From contig NC_042998.1 in assembly GCF_006345805.1 (NCBI RefSeq), forward strand, positions 207,864,903 to 207,928,902: DNA of 64,000 bases, written 5' to 3'. The stretch comes from Octopus sinensis (taxonomy: Eukaryota). Positions 27,140 through 39,114 of this stretch are shown here, in pieces. Numbering within the stretch: the first letter of the stretch is position 1; each line of letters opens with the position of its first letter. Both the position numbers and the translations under genes were made by a program. The notes beneath the pieces are model-generated. The model was not told the origin of the DNA and made no database searches. It worked only from the letters and a program-made list of their open reading frames with translations.

Positions 27140-27660
27140 AATGTTAGTGATGCTTGTGACTTGGCCAATGTTGATATGGATCGTATGATTAATGATATTG
27201 GGTGATTTGACTGGTGTTAATGAAGTATTTAAATATCAAATTGGGAATTGACTGCTGAAAAAGGGGGCTCTGACTGCGGTCGGTGGGAGATTTGTCTAAT
27301 GCCAATGGGAGATTTCACTGAAGTCAATGGAAAATTTGACTAATGTAAATCGGAGATTTGACTGATGCTAGTGGGAACTTTGATTGTTGCTAATGAGAGG
27401 TTTGAGTAATGTTAATGGAGAATTTGACTGATATAAATGAATTACTTGGCAGATATCAATGAGAGATTTGATTGGTGTCGGTGGAAGATTTGACCGATGT
27501 CAACATCTGCTTTAACTAATGTCAATCGGGAATTTGACTGATGTCAGTATAATATTTGACTGGCTTGAATTGGATATTTGAGACGTCAATCAGGGATTTA
27601 ACAGATGACAGTATGTCTGTTTGACTGATGCTAACGTTGAGAATTAACAAATATCAGCAA
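27140..27660. repeat. Degenerate 22-bp minisatellite, about 20+ units
   Basis: Consensus about GATTTGACTGATGTCAATGGGA recurring at 22-nt spacing. Confidence 0.8.
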
Positions 27661-28212
27661 ATGGTTAACATCAAATATAATAGATATTTATTGCTCATCT
27701 TATCAGCTGAAATCTTTTTACTTCTATGCGTTCATTTTTGAGGAAAATATTGATTTCAAGAATATTGATTTGTTGATACTTCTAACGATGATCAACAGCC
27801 GTATAAAATGATATTATCGACCGAATTATCGTTATTCTATCAATAACATTGCTTCATAGATCCAGGAAGAATGAGGTGCGTAAATTCAACTAAAGTATCA
27901 CTCCAGTGGGGAGATTTCTAGCGACAAACCTATAAAGTGATACTAAAACAACGACATTTTAGAGTTGAAAACAATTGCGGTTGACGTAACATAGCTGACG
28001 TTTCGGTTAATAACCTTTCGTCAATGTATTCAACTAATAAGCGTCGGAAATGTTAAACAGGAAAGTATATAATTTAGTGGGGACAAAAAGTATGCACATA
28101 AATACACATACATAAATAAATACATACATACATACATACATACATACATACATACATACATACATACATACATACATGCATGCATGCATACATACATACA
28201 TACATACATACA

Positions 28213-28246
<34 letters not shown>

Positions 28247-28584
28247 GTACTGCCGTTATTCGCACTCGAGGATGAGTCGAGAGATTTCGTTGTTTTAGGT
28301 GTCCATGTAGTTAGCAGAAGGTCTTGCAACCGACTAAACGTCTCCCGACTACTCTCCCTCGAATTAGTGGAATATCCAGACTGTGACCAGAAGATAGAGA
28401 AAAAAAAAGGGCTCCATCATCACAGACCAGGCAACAGTGGGATTTGAACTCAGGGACTCACAACAAATATTACACTACATCCTAAACCGACGCTCTAGTG
28501 GCTCTGCCAGCCAACCATGCTACAGCATGGCCGCAGTCAAATGACTGAAACAAGTAAAGGATATATATATATAGTTACATATAT

Positions 28585-28865
28585 ACCAGCTGATCGATCA
28601 GACTATCGCATGTTATGCATCGCTAGCCACAATGCACTTCGCACTCTTTTAGCTTTTGAATGATGCCACCCTGTTGGTTAGGCGAGCAGGCCAACGTTCT
28701 CACTGATCGTAAGGGTATTCCGTCGTAGGGTAGACCCACTTACAGCTGAGTGGTCTGGAGCAACATGAAACGAAGTGTTTTGCTCATAAACACAACGCGC
28801 ACCTCCGACCGGAAATCGAAGCCATGGTCTAAGGATCTTAAGAGCACCACCTTAACCACTAGGCT
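28585..28865 (-). mobile_element. Older tRNA/CORE-like SINE with type 2 tail
   Basis: Head TAGCCTAGTGGTTAAGGTG..GCTTCGATTTCC; tail similar to 18139-18256; related heads at 14340-14480(+), 49293-49380(+), 51080-51197(-). Confidence 0.65.
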
Positions 28866-28918
28866 ACATACACACACACACAAACATATAATTACGTATG
28901 TATATGTATATATATATA

Positions 28919-28973
<55 letters not shown>

Positions 28974-29699
28974 TATATACATATATATACGTGTATACAT
29001 ATATACATGTATACATACATACATACATACATACATATATGTGTATATGTGTGTATACATACACACAGGTACATACACATACTAATTCTTCAATTATTCA
29101 ATAGTGTAAGCGTTCGCCCACCTGCCCTAAGGTAAGTCTTAATCACCTGATTAATTTATTCATTGATGAAGCATTGATTATATGAAACGATATTCTTCAT
29201 AGTTTTGATAATGCTCTATTAATAAAACAAACAACACAATAAACATTATCTGATCGAATTGAAATCGCTTTCGACACCCGTCAGTCATCCATTAATATTT
29301 ATTGAATGAATACAAAACAGATATTAATAAAGGGAAAGAAAGCCTCGCAGGGTATATTCCAAGAGGCATTTCTTCAGAAGAAAACATCTCGTTTAATCCT
29401 GATATTGTGTTGAGTCAAATGTTTTGTTATATTTTTGGTAATTTATTTGCTTTATTCAGCAAGTTACAACAAAAATCGCCAAACATTCAAAGTAAAGACC
29501 ATCGGGTTGGAATGTCTGAAGCCATCTTTCTGCCAGTACTTTGACACCAACCAGTTCTTGTCCTTCGACGTCAAGAACTCTTTCATTGAAGATTTCGCCT
29601 CCTCTTGGTGGATAAAGCGTTTCAAGCCAGCTCCATCGATACAAAGTTCCATCGTTCGAACGTAGGAATTTCAACTGTGTTTCGCGGTCTGCTACCACA

Positions 29700-30110
29700 A
29701 CAGCTCCTTTATAGGATCCAGTTAGCTCAAAACATCATCAGGAGGAACCACGTCCGGTTTTGGCCCCTAATCCTCTACCGTTTTGACGTGGCGGGGCCCC
29801 CCTTTCGGAGGTGTCTTCAGCTCTGGTGTTGGGTGCATGTCTTCTTTCTTCTGTTCCCTGGCCTCTTCGATGTAGCATCAACGAGTGTCAGCGGGCGACT
29901 GACTGCCTTGTCGAATTTCCCTTTAAATACCTGTTACTAGGCTCCAGCAGGCAGCCCCATTTTTCTTTCAATGAAACCCCTAGCCCCCACTGCCAGGTGG
30001 TAATACTCGACATTCCATCCCTGTTCTCTGCACTCTTCGATTAGTTTTTCGTACCTCTTCTCCTTTCGTTTCTCTGCATAGTCGATGTTCTCTTCCCATG
30101 ACACTGTCAG
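29700..30110 (-). mobile_element. Restriction-like-endonuclease non-LTR retrotransposon 3' remnant (Hero/NeSL-like)
   Basis: LTVSWEENIDYAEKRKEKRYEKLIEECREQGWNVEYYHLAVGARGFIE matches the (E)LTVPWE..KY..L..GW..VG.RGF pattern. Confidence 0.8.
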
Positions 30111-30507
30111 TAAATAACAAAATCAATCTAAAATTTTAAACTTGAGAAAAATCTTGCATATATTTACTGTTCCGCTTACAGATTGCATTTGCAATGTGCG
30201 AATCAGTTGGTCGATTTCTTTTTCCTAAAACCCTAGTTCATCCAGATAGTCACTTTACTCACAAAACCAAAAGCATAAATTATTATTGACATAAATGTGA
30301 ATTTATAACCTGGATATGGAAGCTGGGGGTTTCGAAACAGTTGTCCATAATTATCTTCTTTCTCTTTCATTTTCAACGAAATATTCTCATCTGCAGAACA
30401 GCTGACTTCTACGATGCTACAAACTTTTCCTTGCCTGTTCTAAATAACAATATCTGGCTATATAATATTAACACTTGACAGATGTTTTGATGGCAACGTT
30501 CCACCAG

Positions 30508-30671
30508 TATGTATGTATGTATGTATGTATGTATGTATGTATGTATGTATGTATGTATGTATGTATGTATGTATGTATGTATGTATGCATGTATGTATGT
30601 ATGTATGTATGTATGTATGCATGCATGTATGTATGCATGCATGTATGTATGTATGTATGTATGTATGTATG

Positions 30672-30703
<32 letters not shown>

Positions 30704-30961
30704 TGTATGTTGTATGTATGTATGTATGTATGTATGTATGTATGTATGTATGTATGTTTGTATGTATGTATGTATGTATGTATGTATGTATGTATGTATG
30801 TATGTATGTATGTATGTATGTATGCATGTATGTTTGTATGTATGTATGTATGTATGTATTTATGTATGTATGTATGTATGTATGTATGTTTGTATGTATG
30901 CATGTATGTATGTATGTATGTATGTATGTATGTATGTATGTATGTATGTATGTATGTATGT
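30508..30961. repeat. (GTAT)n tetranucleotide microsatellite
   Basis: Directly visible; similar tracts at 26765-26875, 28110-28240 and 55540-55722. Confidence 0.97.
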
Positions 30962-31444
30962 GAGAACATGTAAGTATGAATAGATACGGTGTCATATATT
31001 TTTCTGTCAAAACATATTACAGTTTTCAAACTTTTTCATTCTGCACTATTTTTTAAAATATTGTTTGCAATATGAGGCTTAAATATATTTCAAGACTAAT
31101 ATTTCTTAGCGGAGATAAAAATATAATTTTATTGACAAATTAATTAAACTAACAATTCCAAACCAATATTTTAAGTCAGAAAAATAATTGTGGAACATAA
31201 ATAATCCTTCCTTCTCTAAATTTTTTGTAGTCAACAATGATAACTATGAAGAGTAAAAGTATGACTTCGATGGCTAAAACAATGGGCTTTCCGTCAGTTG
31301 CGACGATGAGCATTCATATGTTGCTCTAAATGAATTCCCACTCGTGAAATTCACGTGTAAGCGGCTGAGTGTTCCGTAGACGAATGTATAATCGTTATTT
31401 TCGTGGCAAATTAGCTTCACAAGGAAATACGACTGAATACGACT

Positions 31445-31757
31445 TTTTTGAAAAGTGACACTTTCCCCACCCCTTGGAGTGACCAGCTGGGTTTGCCATT
31501 TTTAAAAGTCAAGAATCATTTACTATTGAAAGACTGAGCAGCTACAAAGTTATCAGCAAATTTTCAATAGTTCAATAGTAAATGATTCTTGGTTTTTAGA
31601 AATGGCGAAGCCAGTTGGTCAGTCGTTCAATAGTAAAGGATTCTTGACTTTTAGAAATGGCAAACCCAGCTGGTCACTTCAAGGGGGTCAAAATTTTTTG
31701 AAAAGTGACATATTTCCCCCCTTGGAGTGACCAGCTGGGTTTGCCATTTCTAAAAGT
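31445..31757. repeat. Foldback cluster of four about 60-85-bp related units in +,-,-,+ orientation
   Basis: CCCTTGGAGTGACCAGCTGGGTTTGCCATTT.TAAAAGT at 31471 and 31719; reverse complements at about 31571-31621 and 31626-31688. Confidence 0.8.
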
Positions 31758-32468
31758 ATATAAATATGTATAGTGTGTTAAGCGGTGTTTTGAGTAAATT
31801 TCAAGTACCAGTATGACACATGGGACGTCAACAACTGACCTGTCATACGACATTGTTATTAAATATTTCATAAAACATCTTTTTTTCCCCATTTTTTTCC
31901 CATCCTATCCAGTGTATTACTTTTGCGGAGATCTGAAGAGCTGACTAATTAATTTTATTTTATATGTCGTCAGGTAAGGGGTGAGATAAAATAAACATTG
32001 AAGTTTGATTAATTTCGATATAATTATTGATATTATATAATTAAAAAAAAAAGGAAACGTTTCTTAATTACTCAGTAGCAGTAATAAAATCAACAGATAT
32101 TATAACATAAAAATAAACCCACACAAGGAGACATTTAATCAGACACGGAGAGTGTTTATTTTGTTTTTGATGATAAATTTTGTTATCGGAGTTAATTCAA
32201 ATATATTAGAGGATAAATTACATTTTCGGCGATTGTGCAAATAATATTTGGTTTATATCATATCGTTTTTTTTTTTAAGATTTCCAATTGAGCCTCACCT
32301 ATTCACCTTATTAACAGATGCTTAGAACTGCAACCGATCTTTTTGGATAATTTGTATAGTCTTGTGTCTTACTTTTCTCTATTTACAATCTCCTGTTTCA
32401 GAAGACGCGATTTCATGAGTGATGACACCTTTCTCCAAGTGCACATTACCAGGATGGCGGCAAAGTGT

Positions 32469-33507
32469 AGACGACTGGCTGACTGGATCCTAACAACATT
32501 CAGAATTAGAGATAAGAAAACCATGATGGTCCTCTGGCGGACATTCGTCCTCGGCAGACGACTGGCTGGCTGGATCCTAAGAACATTCAGAACCAGAGAG
32601 AAGGAAACCATGATGATCCTCTGGTGGACATTCGTCCTCGGCAGACGACTGGCTGGATGGATCCTAAGAACATTCAGAACCAGAGATAAGGAAACCATGA
32701 TGGCCCTCTGGCTGACATTCGTCCTTAGCAGACGACTGGCTGGATGGATCCTAAGAACATTCAGAACCAGAGAGAAGGAAACCATGATGGTCCTCTGGCG
32801 GACATTCGTCCTCGGCAGACGACTGGCTGGATGGATCCTAAGAACATTCAGAACCAGAGATAAGGAAACCATGATGGTCCTCTGGCGGACATTCGTCCTC
32901 GGCAGACGACTGGCTGGATGGATCCTAAGAACATTCAGAACCAGAGATAAGGAACCATGATGGTCCTCTGGCGGACATTCGTCTCGGCAGACGACTGGCT
33001 GGATGGATCCTAAGAACATTCAGAACCAGAGAGAAGGAAACCATGATGGCCCTCTGGCTGACATTCGTCCTTAGCAGACGACTGGCTGGATGGATCCTAA
33101 GAACATTCAGAACCAGAGAGAAGGAAACCATGATGGTCCTCTGGCGGACATTCGTCCTCGGCAGACGACTGCTGGATGGATCCTAAGAACATTCAGAACA
33201 GAGATAAGGAAACCATGATGGTCCTCTGGCGGACATTCGTCCTCGGCAGACGACTGGCTGGATGGATCCTAAGAACATTCAGAACCAGAGATAAGGAACC
33301 ATGATGGTCCTCTGGCGGACATTCGTCCTCGGCAGACGACTGGCTGGATGGATCCTAAGAACATTCAGAACCAGAGAGAAGGAAACCATGATGGTCCTCT
33401 GGCGGACATTCGTCCTCGGCAGACGACTGGCTGGATGGATCCTAAGAACATTCAGTACCAGAGAGAAGGAAACCATGATGGTCCTCTGGTGGACATTCGT
33501 CCTCAGC
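32469..33507 (+). repeat. 12 tandem copies of an 87-bp (29-codon) LINE ORF2 segment
   Basis: AGACGACTGGCT recurs at 32469, 32556, 32643 ... 33421. Confidence 0.95.
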
Positions 33508-33686
33508 TACCTGGATTACTGCTCACAGATATGGTCACCCACCAGTGTGAAATTAACAGCGGACCTTGAAGCAATCTGGAGAAGATTCACAACAGAAGAT
33601 TTGCAACAGCTCAGCTACTTGGAAAGGTTGAAACAGCTAAGACTCTACTCCCTGGAGAGAAGACGGGAGAGGTATGCAGTAATATA

Positions 33687-34977
33687 CGAGGGGCGTTCAA
33701 TAAGTAATGCCCCTGACCCACTTCCCATAGGAGTAAAGCAACGAAACTTGGCACAGTTATTAGTCTTTTTCTACATAGGAACCACTCAGAGTTACACATT
33801 TCTCCCATCGTTTGATGCAACTCTGGAGACCGTTTTTGTAGAAGAACCCAGCTTGGTCCTCCAACCTCAACGTGACTTCAGAAATCAAGGCTGCATCATC
33901 TGGGAAACGCTTTCCTTTCAAAAACAACTTCATGATTGGGAAGAGGTGAAAATCAGAGGGTGCAAGGTCAGGAAAGTAGGGGGGTTGAAGAGGAGTTCAT
34001 TGCCATACGCCTGTGCTTCTGATCTGGCGACAAGCGAGTTGTGGACCGGAGCGTTGTCCTGCAGGAGGAGGATGCCTTTGCTGATCTTGCCCCGCCTCTT
34101 GATTTTGTTAACGTCTCTTAATTTCCTCAAAAGTGAAGCATAATAGGCTCCTGTAATTGTGGTACCCTTTGCCAGGAAATCTGTCATCACTACTCCGTCC
34201 TGGTCCCAGAAGACTGTGAGCATGACCTTGCCAGCGGAGGGCTGCATCCTTGCCTTCTTTGGAGGAGGTGAGTCACGGTGTGTCCACTGCATTGACTGAG
34301 CTTTGGTCTCTGGATCATAATGATGGACCCAGGTTTCATCCTGTGTAATCAGTCTTTTGAAAAATTTTGACTCATCTTCTTGGCACATCTCCAAATTCAT
34401 CCTCGAGCACTCGACGCGTTCTTGCTTCTGGAAAGGTATGAGCAACCTGGGAATCCATCTGGCAGACACCTTTTGCATATGCAAATGGTCATGAATGATA
34501 GTTTCCACAGACCCGGTACTAATCTTGACCTCATGGGCTATTTGGCGAATAGTTATGCGTCGATCTTACAAAATGGCAGCCTCAACTTGACGGACAGATG
34601 CCTCATCAATGGCAGAAGGGGGCCGACCAGATCTGGGAGCTGTTTCCACAGAGTTCCAACCATGTTTGAATTCATGATGCCAGCGTTTTACAAGATCATA
34701 TGATGGGGCATCATCACCATAAGTTACTTTCATTTCATCAAAAGTCTCCCGTGGTGTGCGTCCTTTCAAATACAAAAACCGGATCACTGCTCGACACTCA
34801 ACAATTTCACACTTGACTCAGTTCAAACACCTGTATATCAGAAACCACAATTAGTTCAGAGCTAATCTATAGATTGCCACCTAATCTATAGAGATATAAA
34901 TAATTGCACATGTAAATTTTCAGCTAGATCAAACAACTGCAAGTGGGTCAGAGGCATTACTTATTGAACGCCCCTCG
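33687..34977 (-). mobile_element. Full-length (1291 bp) mariner element; transposase inactivated by one stop and a C-terminal frameshift
   Basis: TIRs CGAGGGGCGTTCAATAAGTAATGCC.CTGACCCACTT, TA TSD; WIPRLL, TQDETWVHHYDPETK, LLQDNAPVH; ORFs 34566-34787 and 33930-34508. Confidence 0.96.
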
Positions 34978-35510
34978 TATATCTGGAAAGTCCTGGAAGG
35001 AATTGTGCCAAATTTTGGCATTATAAGCTACACCAATGCCAGAACGGGACGACACGGCATAGTGCCAAAGATCCCAGCAATGCCATCACGCTTCAGGACC
35101 AGTTACTGCAACAGCCTAGGTTTCAGAGGCCCACAGCTATTTAATATTCTCCCAAAGAGCCTGAGGAACCTGCACAAAGTAGATGTCCGGTTTTTTAAAT
35201 CAAAGCTGGACCTCTTCCTGTCGAGAGTCACAGATGAACCTACCTCACGGCACGAGGTGCAAATGAGGGAAGCTATATCAAACTCCATTCTTCACCAAGT
35301 GCCACATATTAGAGGAGGGTTTTAGTAATAACAGTGTAGCACAAAACGGCGGTGCACCAGCATGGCCGCAGCTCTGAGCTAAAACTAGAGAGAAAAAAAT
35401 ACGCATATATGTATATATGTATGTATGTAAGTATGTATGTAAGTATGCTGTATGTGTGCAGGCATGTATGTATGTACACATAGTGGATGTGTGTGTATGA
35501 TGTATGCACA

Positions 35511-35569
<59 letters not shown>

Positions 35570-35816
35570 ATATATATATTATATATATATATATATATTA
35601 TATATATATATGAGTATATATTATATATGTATATACATGAATATATATATATATGTATATATATGTGCGTATATATATTTAGATTTATACATATATACAT
35701 ACACATACACACACGAATATATATATATGCATACATGTGTACATATATACATATATATATATATATATATGTGTGTGTGTATATATATATGCATATACAT
35801 ACACATACATACACAT

Positions 35817-35869
<53 letters not shown>

Positions 35870-36364
35870 ATATATAAATGTATACATACACATATATATA
35901 TATATACAATTTTCCCTCCCGAGCGTCCAACCTTTGCTTGTTGTTCCTACATCTGGTTTCGTTTTTCGTTTTTCTTTCAATTTCAACTTTACATGTAACA
36001 CACATATATTCGGTGTGAGTGATCGTTGTTTTGCTTTCATCTGATGGAAGCTATGAGCGGAAAGATGCACGAATATTTTCCATGTTTCAACGTCTAGTTC
36101 CTTATATCTGATACATTCACGATATTCTGTTCCTTAGAGACGGCTTTTTTACATATTAGCAACAACATTATGCCACATCAGGAGGTAGCACGTTAATTAT
36201 TATTGAGGTGGCTCTTCCTCAGGTATGTAATATCTTTTACATGTTCGTATAAAGGAATTTTAAACGTTTTACTGTTGTCTTTGTCTAAAAAAAATATGGT
36301 GTTTTAGCTATTTCTTACTTTCGATTGCACACTTGTGAAAGGGCAGCAAGTAGGACCTCCTTAC

Positions 36365-36801
36365 GGATCTTTTCGGTTTGAACGGCAGTTTTTTCTAGCG
36401 GTGTCATATGAAATTGTCAACCATAATTATGAGCCTAGTATCGATCTATTGCATTTCAATCTGTTTTAGGGTTAGGGTTAGAGTTAGGTTTAGTTAGGGT
36501 TAGGTGTGGGGGAAGGGTATATTTTTTTTCTTCAGAAATGTAAATAAACCCAATCTGTTTCTTAAACGACGGACATATTCATAAGGCACAAAATGTTTTC
36601 ACCTCAATAGACGTCATTGATTTGTTGAAATTGAAGAAATTGAAGAAAAAACAACAACAAATATCTTACAAACTATAAAATTTTCTCAATAAAGCCAAGA
36701 GAAAAATGTTTTATAAACACATTCTATCAGTATACGAAGTTTAACATTTTTTAGTTACTTAGAAATTATGTTAAAAACTGCCGTTCAAACCGAAAAGATC
36801 C
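36365..36801. mobile_element. MITE with about 29-bp TIRs and 9-bp TSD, containing TTAGGG-like repeats
   Basis: TIR GGATCTTTTCGGTTTGAACGGCAGTTTTT at both ends; TSD CCTCCTTAC. Confidence 0.93.
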
Positions 36802-37011
36802 CCTCCTTACTGCTTGAAGGTCACATTTTTTCGATAAGGCATTTTTTCACAAAGGAAAGTAACTCTGAATGTTGAGGTTTCATCGCTACCATGACAACCA
36901 ATGTTATTTCTTCTTAAAGTATAAGTTCCCGAACTGAATCATGGAAGAGGAATTCCATCTAGATGAAATTTCCAAACGGTTTAAATGCACAAGTCTCTGA
37001 AATCCAAGTAG

Positions 37012-37272
37012 CTAAAAAGTATCAACAGAAGAGCCTCCTCTAATATGTGGAATTTGGTGAAGAAGGGAATTTGATGTCGTTACCCTCATTGGCACCTCTT
37101 GCCACGAGGTAGGTTCATCTGGGACTCTCGACAGGAAGAGATCCAGTTTTGATCTGAAAACACCCACATCCATTTTGTGTAGGTCCCTCAGGTTCTTTAG
37201 GAGAATATTAAAACGCTGTGGGCCCTCGAAACCCAGGCTGTTGCAGTAACTGGTCCTGAAGTGCGATGGCAT
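37012..37272 (-). mobile_element. CR1/L2-type LINE ORF2 C-terminal fragment (same family as 32420-35399)
   Basis: MPSHFRTSYCNSLGFEGPQRFNILLKNLRDLHK..KLDLFLSRVPDEPT. Confidence 0.88.
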
Positions 37273-37364
37273 ATTTCTTTTGCATTCTCTTTTTCATAAT
37301 TGTCATTTTACTTGTAATTACACCTTTTCTGTTTTTAAAACCCATAAAAAAATATTTTCGAGTG

Positions 37365-37498
37365 GGTTTTAGGGGCTGGAATGGATTAATTATATTTTAG
37401 TTAATTTCAATGGGGAAAAATTGATTCGTAAAACGAGTAAATTGTAGGATGAGCTCAGTCATAGAACGAATTAAACTGGTACTACGAGGAATCACTGT
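37365..37498. mobile_element. Probable pogo/Tigger-like terminal fragment
   Basis: Ends CGAGGAATCACTG|TA (reverse complement CAGT..CCTCG terminus). Confidence 0.45.
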
Positions 37499-37508
37499 AT
37501 ATAATATA

Positions 37509-37559
<51 letters not shown>

Positions 37560-37561
<2 letters not shown>

Positions 37562-37875
37562 CATACAAATTTAAAGGACTGAACACGAAAAGTGGTGGAC
37601 AGTCAACATGCTAGATATAGACGTCAAATCGCTATTTTCCACAAAGAGTATGTTCTCAAATAAAAACTCAGCATAAAACCAAAGCATTAAACAAGACAAA
37701 TGAAAATATACGAAATAAAAATAATTACCCGTGTACTGAGATCATACACTTTGTGGAAAATAGCGTGTTCAGTCCTTTAAATTTGTATGTAAAAATATTT
37801 TAATCTTCGGATTCTTTTTAATATGCTGGGCCACTGGTTTTAATTGACTAATATCAATTTCTACCCTTATTAAAT

Positions 37876-37876
<1 letters not shown>
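37560..37876. repeat. TA-embedded element with split inverted repeat
   Basis: 37560-37587 pairs with 37764-37791; 37630-37658 pairs with 37737-37764. Confidence 0.75.
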
Positions 37877-37908
<32 letters not shown>

Positions 37909-38475
37909 TATATATATTATATATTATATACAGAGGGAGAAAGAGAGAGAGGGCGAGAAAGAGAGAGACACACAAACACATAGATTGCGAAAGATGATAA
38001 TAGGGAGAGAGAGAGGAAGACAGAGGAGTGAGAGACAGGCGATCAGGCGGACAACAGGAGAATTGATGTAAAGGCTTTGGATTTGGGAAGCAGTTTTCCT
38101 CCATTCCTCTACAAAATATAATAATTCTTCTTGACCAAATTCTATCCGAACGTCAATGATACAAACTCCAGCTGTTCCTCAGCATTGTAAATAATTCTAG
38201 TGAAGATCTTTAGATCGGCACCTAAGAAATTTATGGTAACCCAGCTGTTGGAATCATTGAGGGTTTCGTAAAAGGAAATGTCAGAGGATTCAGTGCAGAA
38301 ATGTAGAGAAGTACACACAGGGGGCGCCCTCGGAAGTTTGCTTTGAAAACATTCAGAACTTGGGAAACAACAGTTTGGCGCTATCTATCTATCTATCTAT
38401 CTATCTATATACTCACACACACACACATATATATGAGTGTATGTTTACGTGTATATATACATACACACATGCATC

Positions 38476-38525
<50 letters not shown>

Positions 38526-38844
38526 TGTATACATACATCTATCTATCTATGTATATATATACACAAGCAACAAGAGTGGATTAGTTGTTCAGTACAATTG
38601 TTTCATACGGAGAACAGCTTTATTAAAAGCTGCAAATATTGCAGCAAATACAAGTGTCCCGTATTCATCAGCCAAAACACATATGAGTTTTCCAAACATC
38701 CTAGGGGGTGAGGCTACACTCATGAAGTATCGAAGAGAGTTATATAAAAAGCAATGTTAGATTGTAAACAGACTTCAAATGTTCTCCAATGATGCACAGT
38801 TTTATAAAAGGTTTTTAAAAACCTTTTTTAAAAATCTACACGAA

Positions 38845-39110
38845 GATAGCTTCTATGCAGCATATAAGCTACTGGGAAAGACTCGAGATTAAGACTCTAT
38901 TCCTTAGAGCGTAGGCGTGAAAGACATACCATAATATATATATCTGGAAAATCCTGGAGGGACTTGTGCCAAACTTTGGCATCGAGAGTTACACAAATAC
39001 CAGAACTGGGCGTCACTGCATAGTGCCAAGGATTCCAAATTTGCCATCAAGATTTAAGACAAGATATTGCAACAGCCTGGGCTTTTGAGGACCACAGCTC
39101 TTCAGTATCC
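38845..39110 (+). mobile_element. CR1/L2-type LINE ORF2 fragment
   Basis: SYWERL..RLYSLERRRERHTIIYIWKILEGLVPNFGIESYTNTRTGRHCIVP. Confidence 0.85.
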
Positions 39111-39114
39111 GCTC

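Larger units (their letters stand above)
32420..35399 (+). mobile_element. 5'-truncated CR1/L2-type LINE (ORF2 C-terminus + 3' tail), interrupted by a mariner
   Basis: MSDDTFLQVHI..GWILRTFRTR..LDYCSQIWSP..LSYLERLKQLRLYSLERRRERYAVIY|IWKVLEGIVPNFG..GPQLFNILPKSLRN..FKSKLDLFL..DEP; stop at 35325. Confidence 0.9.

Noticed and set aside
29158-30352. Degenerate hammerhead-like motifs at about 29160-29200 and 30305-30350 (also about 41230)
   Set aside because: Core or stem I too damaged to support a call
32469-33507. CRISPR-like or repeat-protein appearance
   Set aside because: No unique spacers; the unit is a LINE ORF2 segment
36465-36504. Telomere or chromosome-fusion scar
   Set aside because: Short, degenerate and internal to a TSD-bounded MITE
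38315-38332. CTCF-like CAGGGGGCGC motif
   Set aside because: Partial match only; plausible by chance
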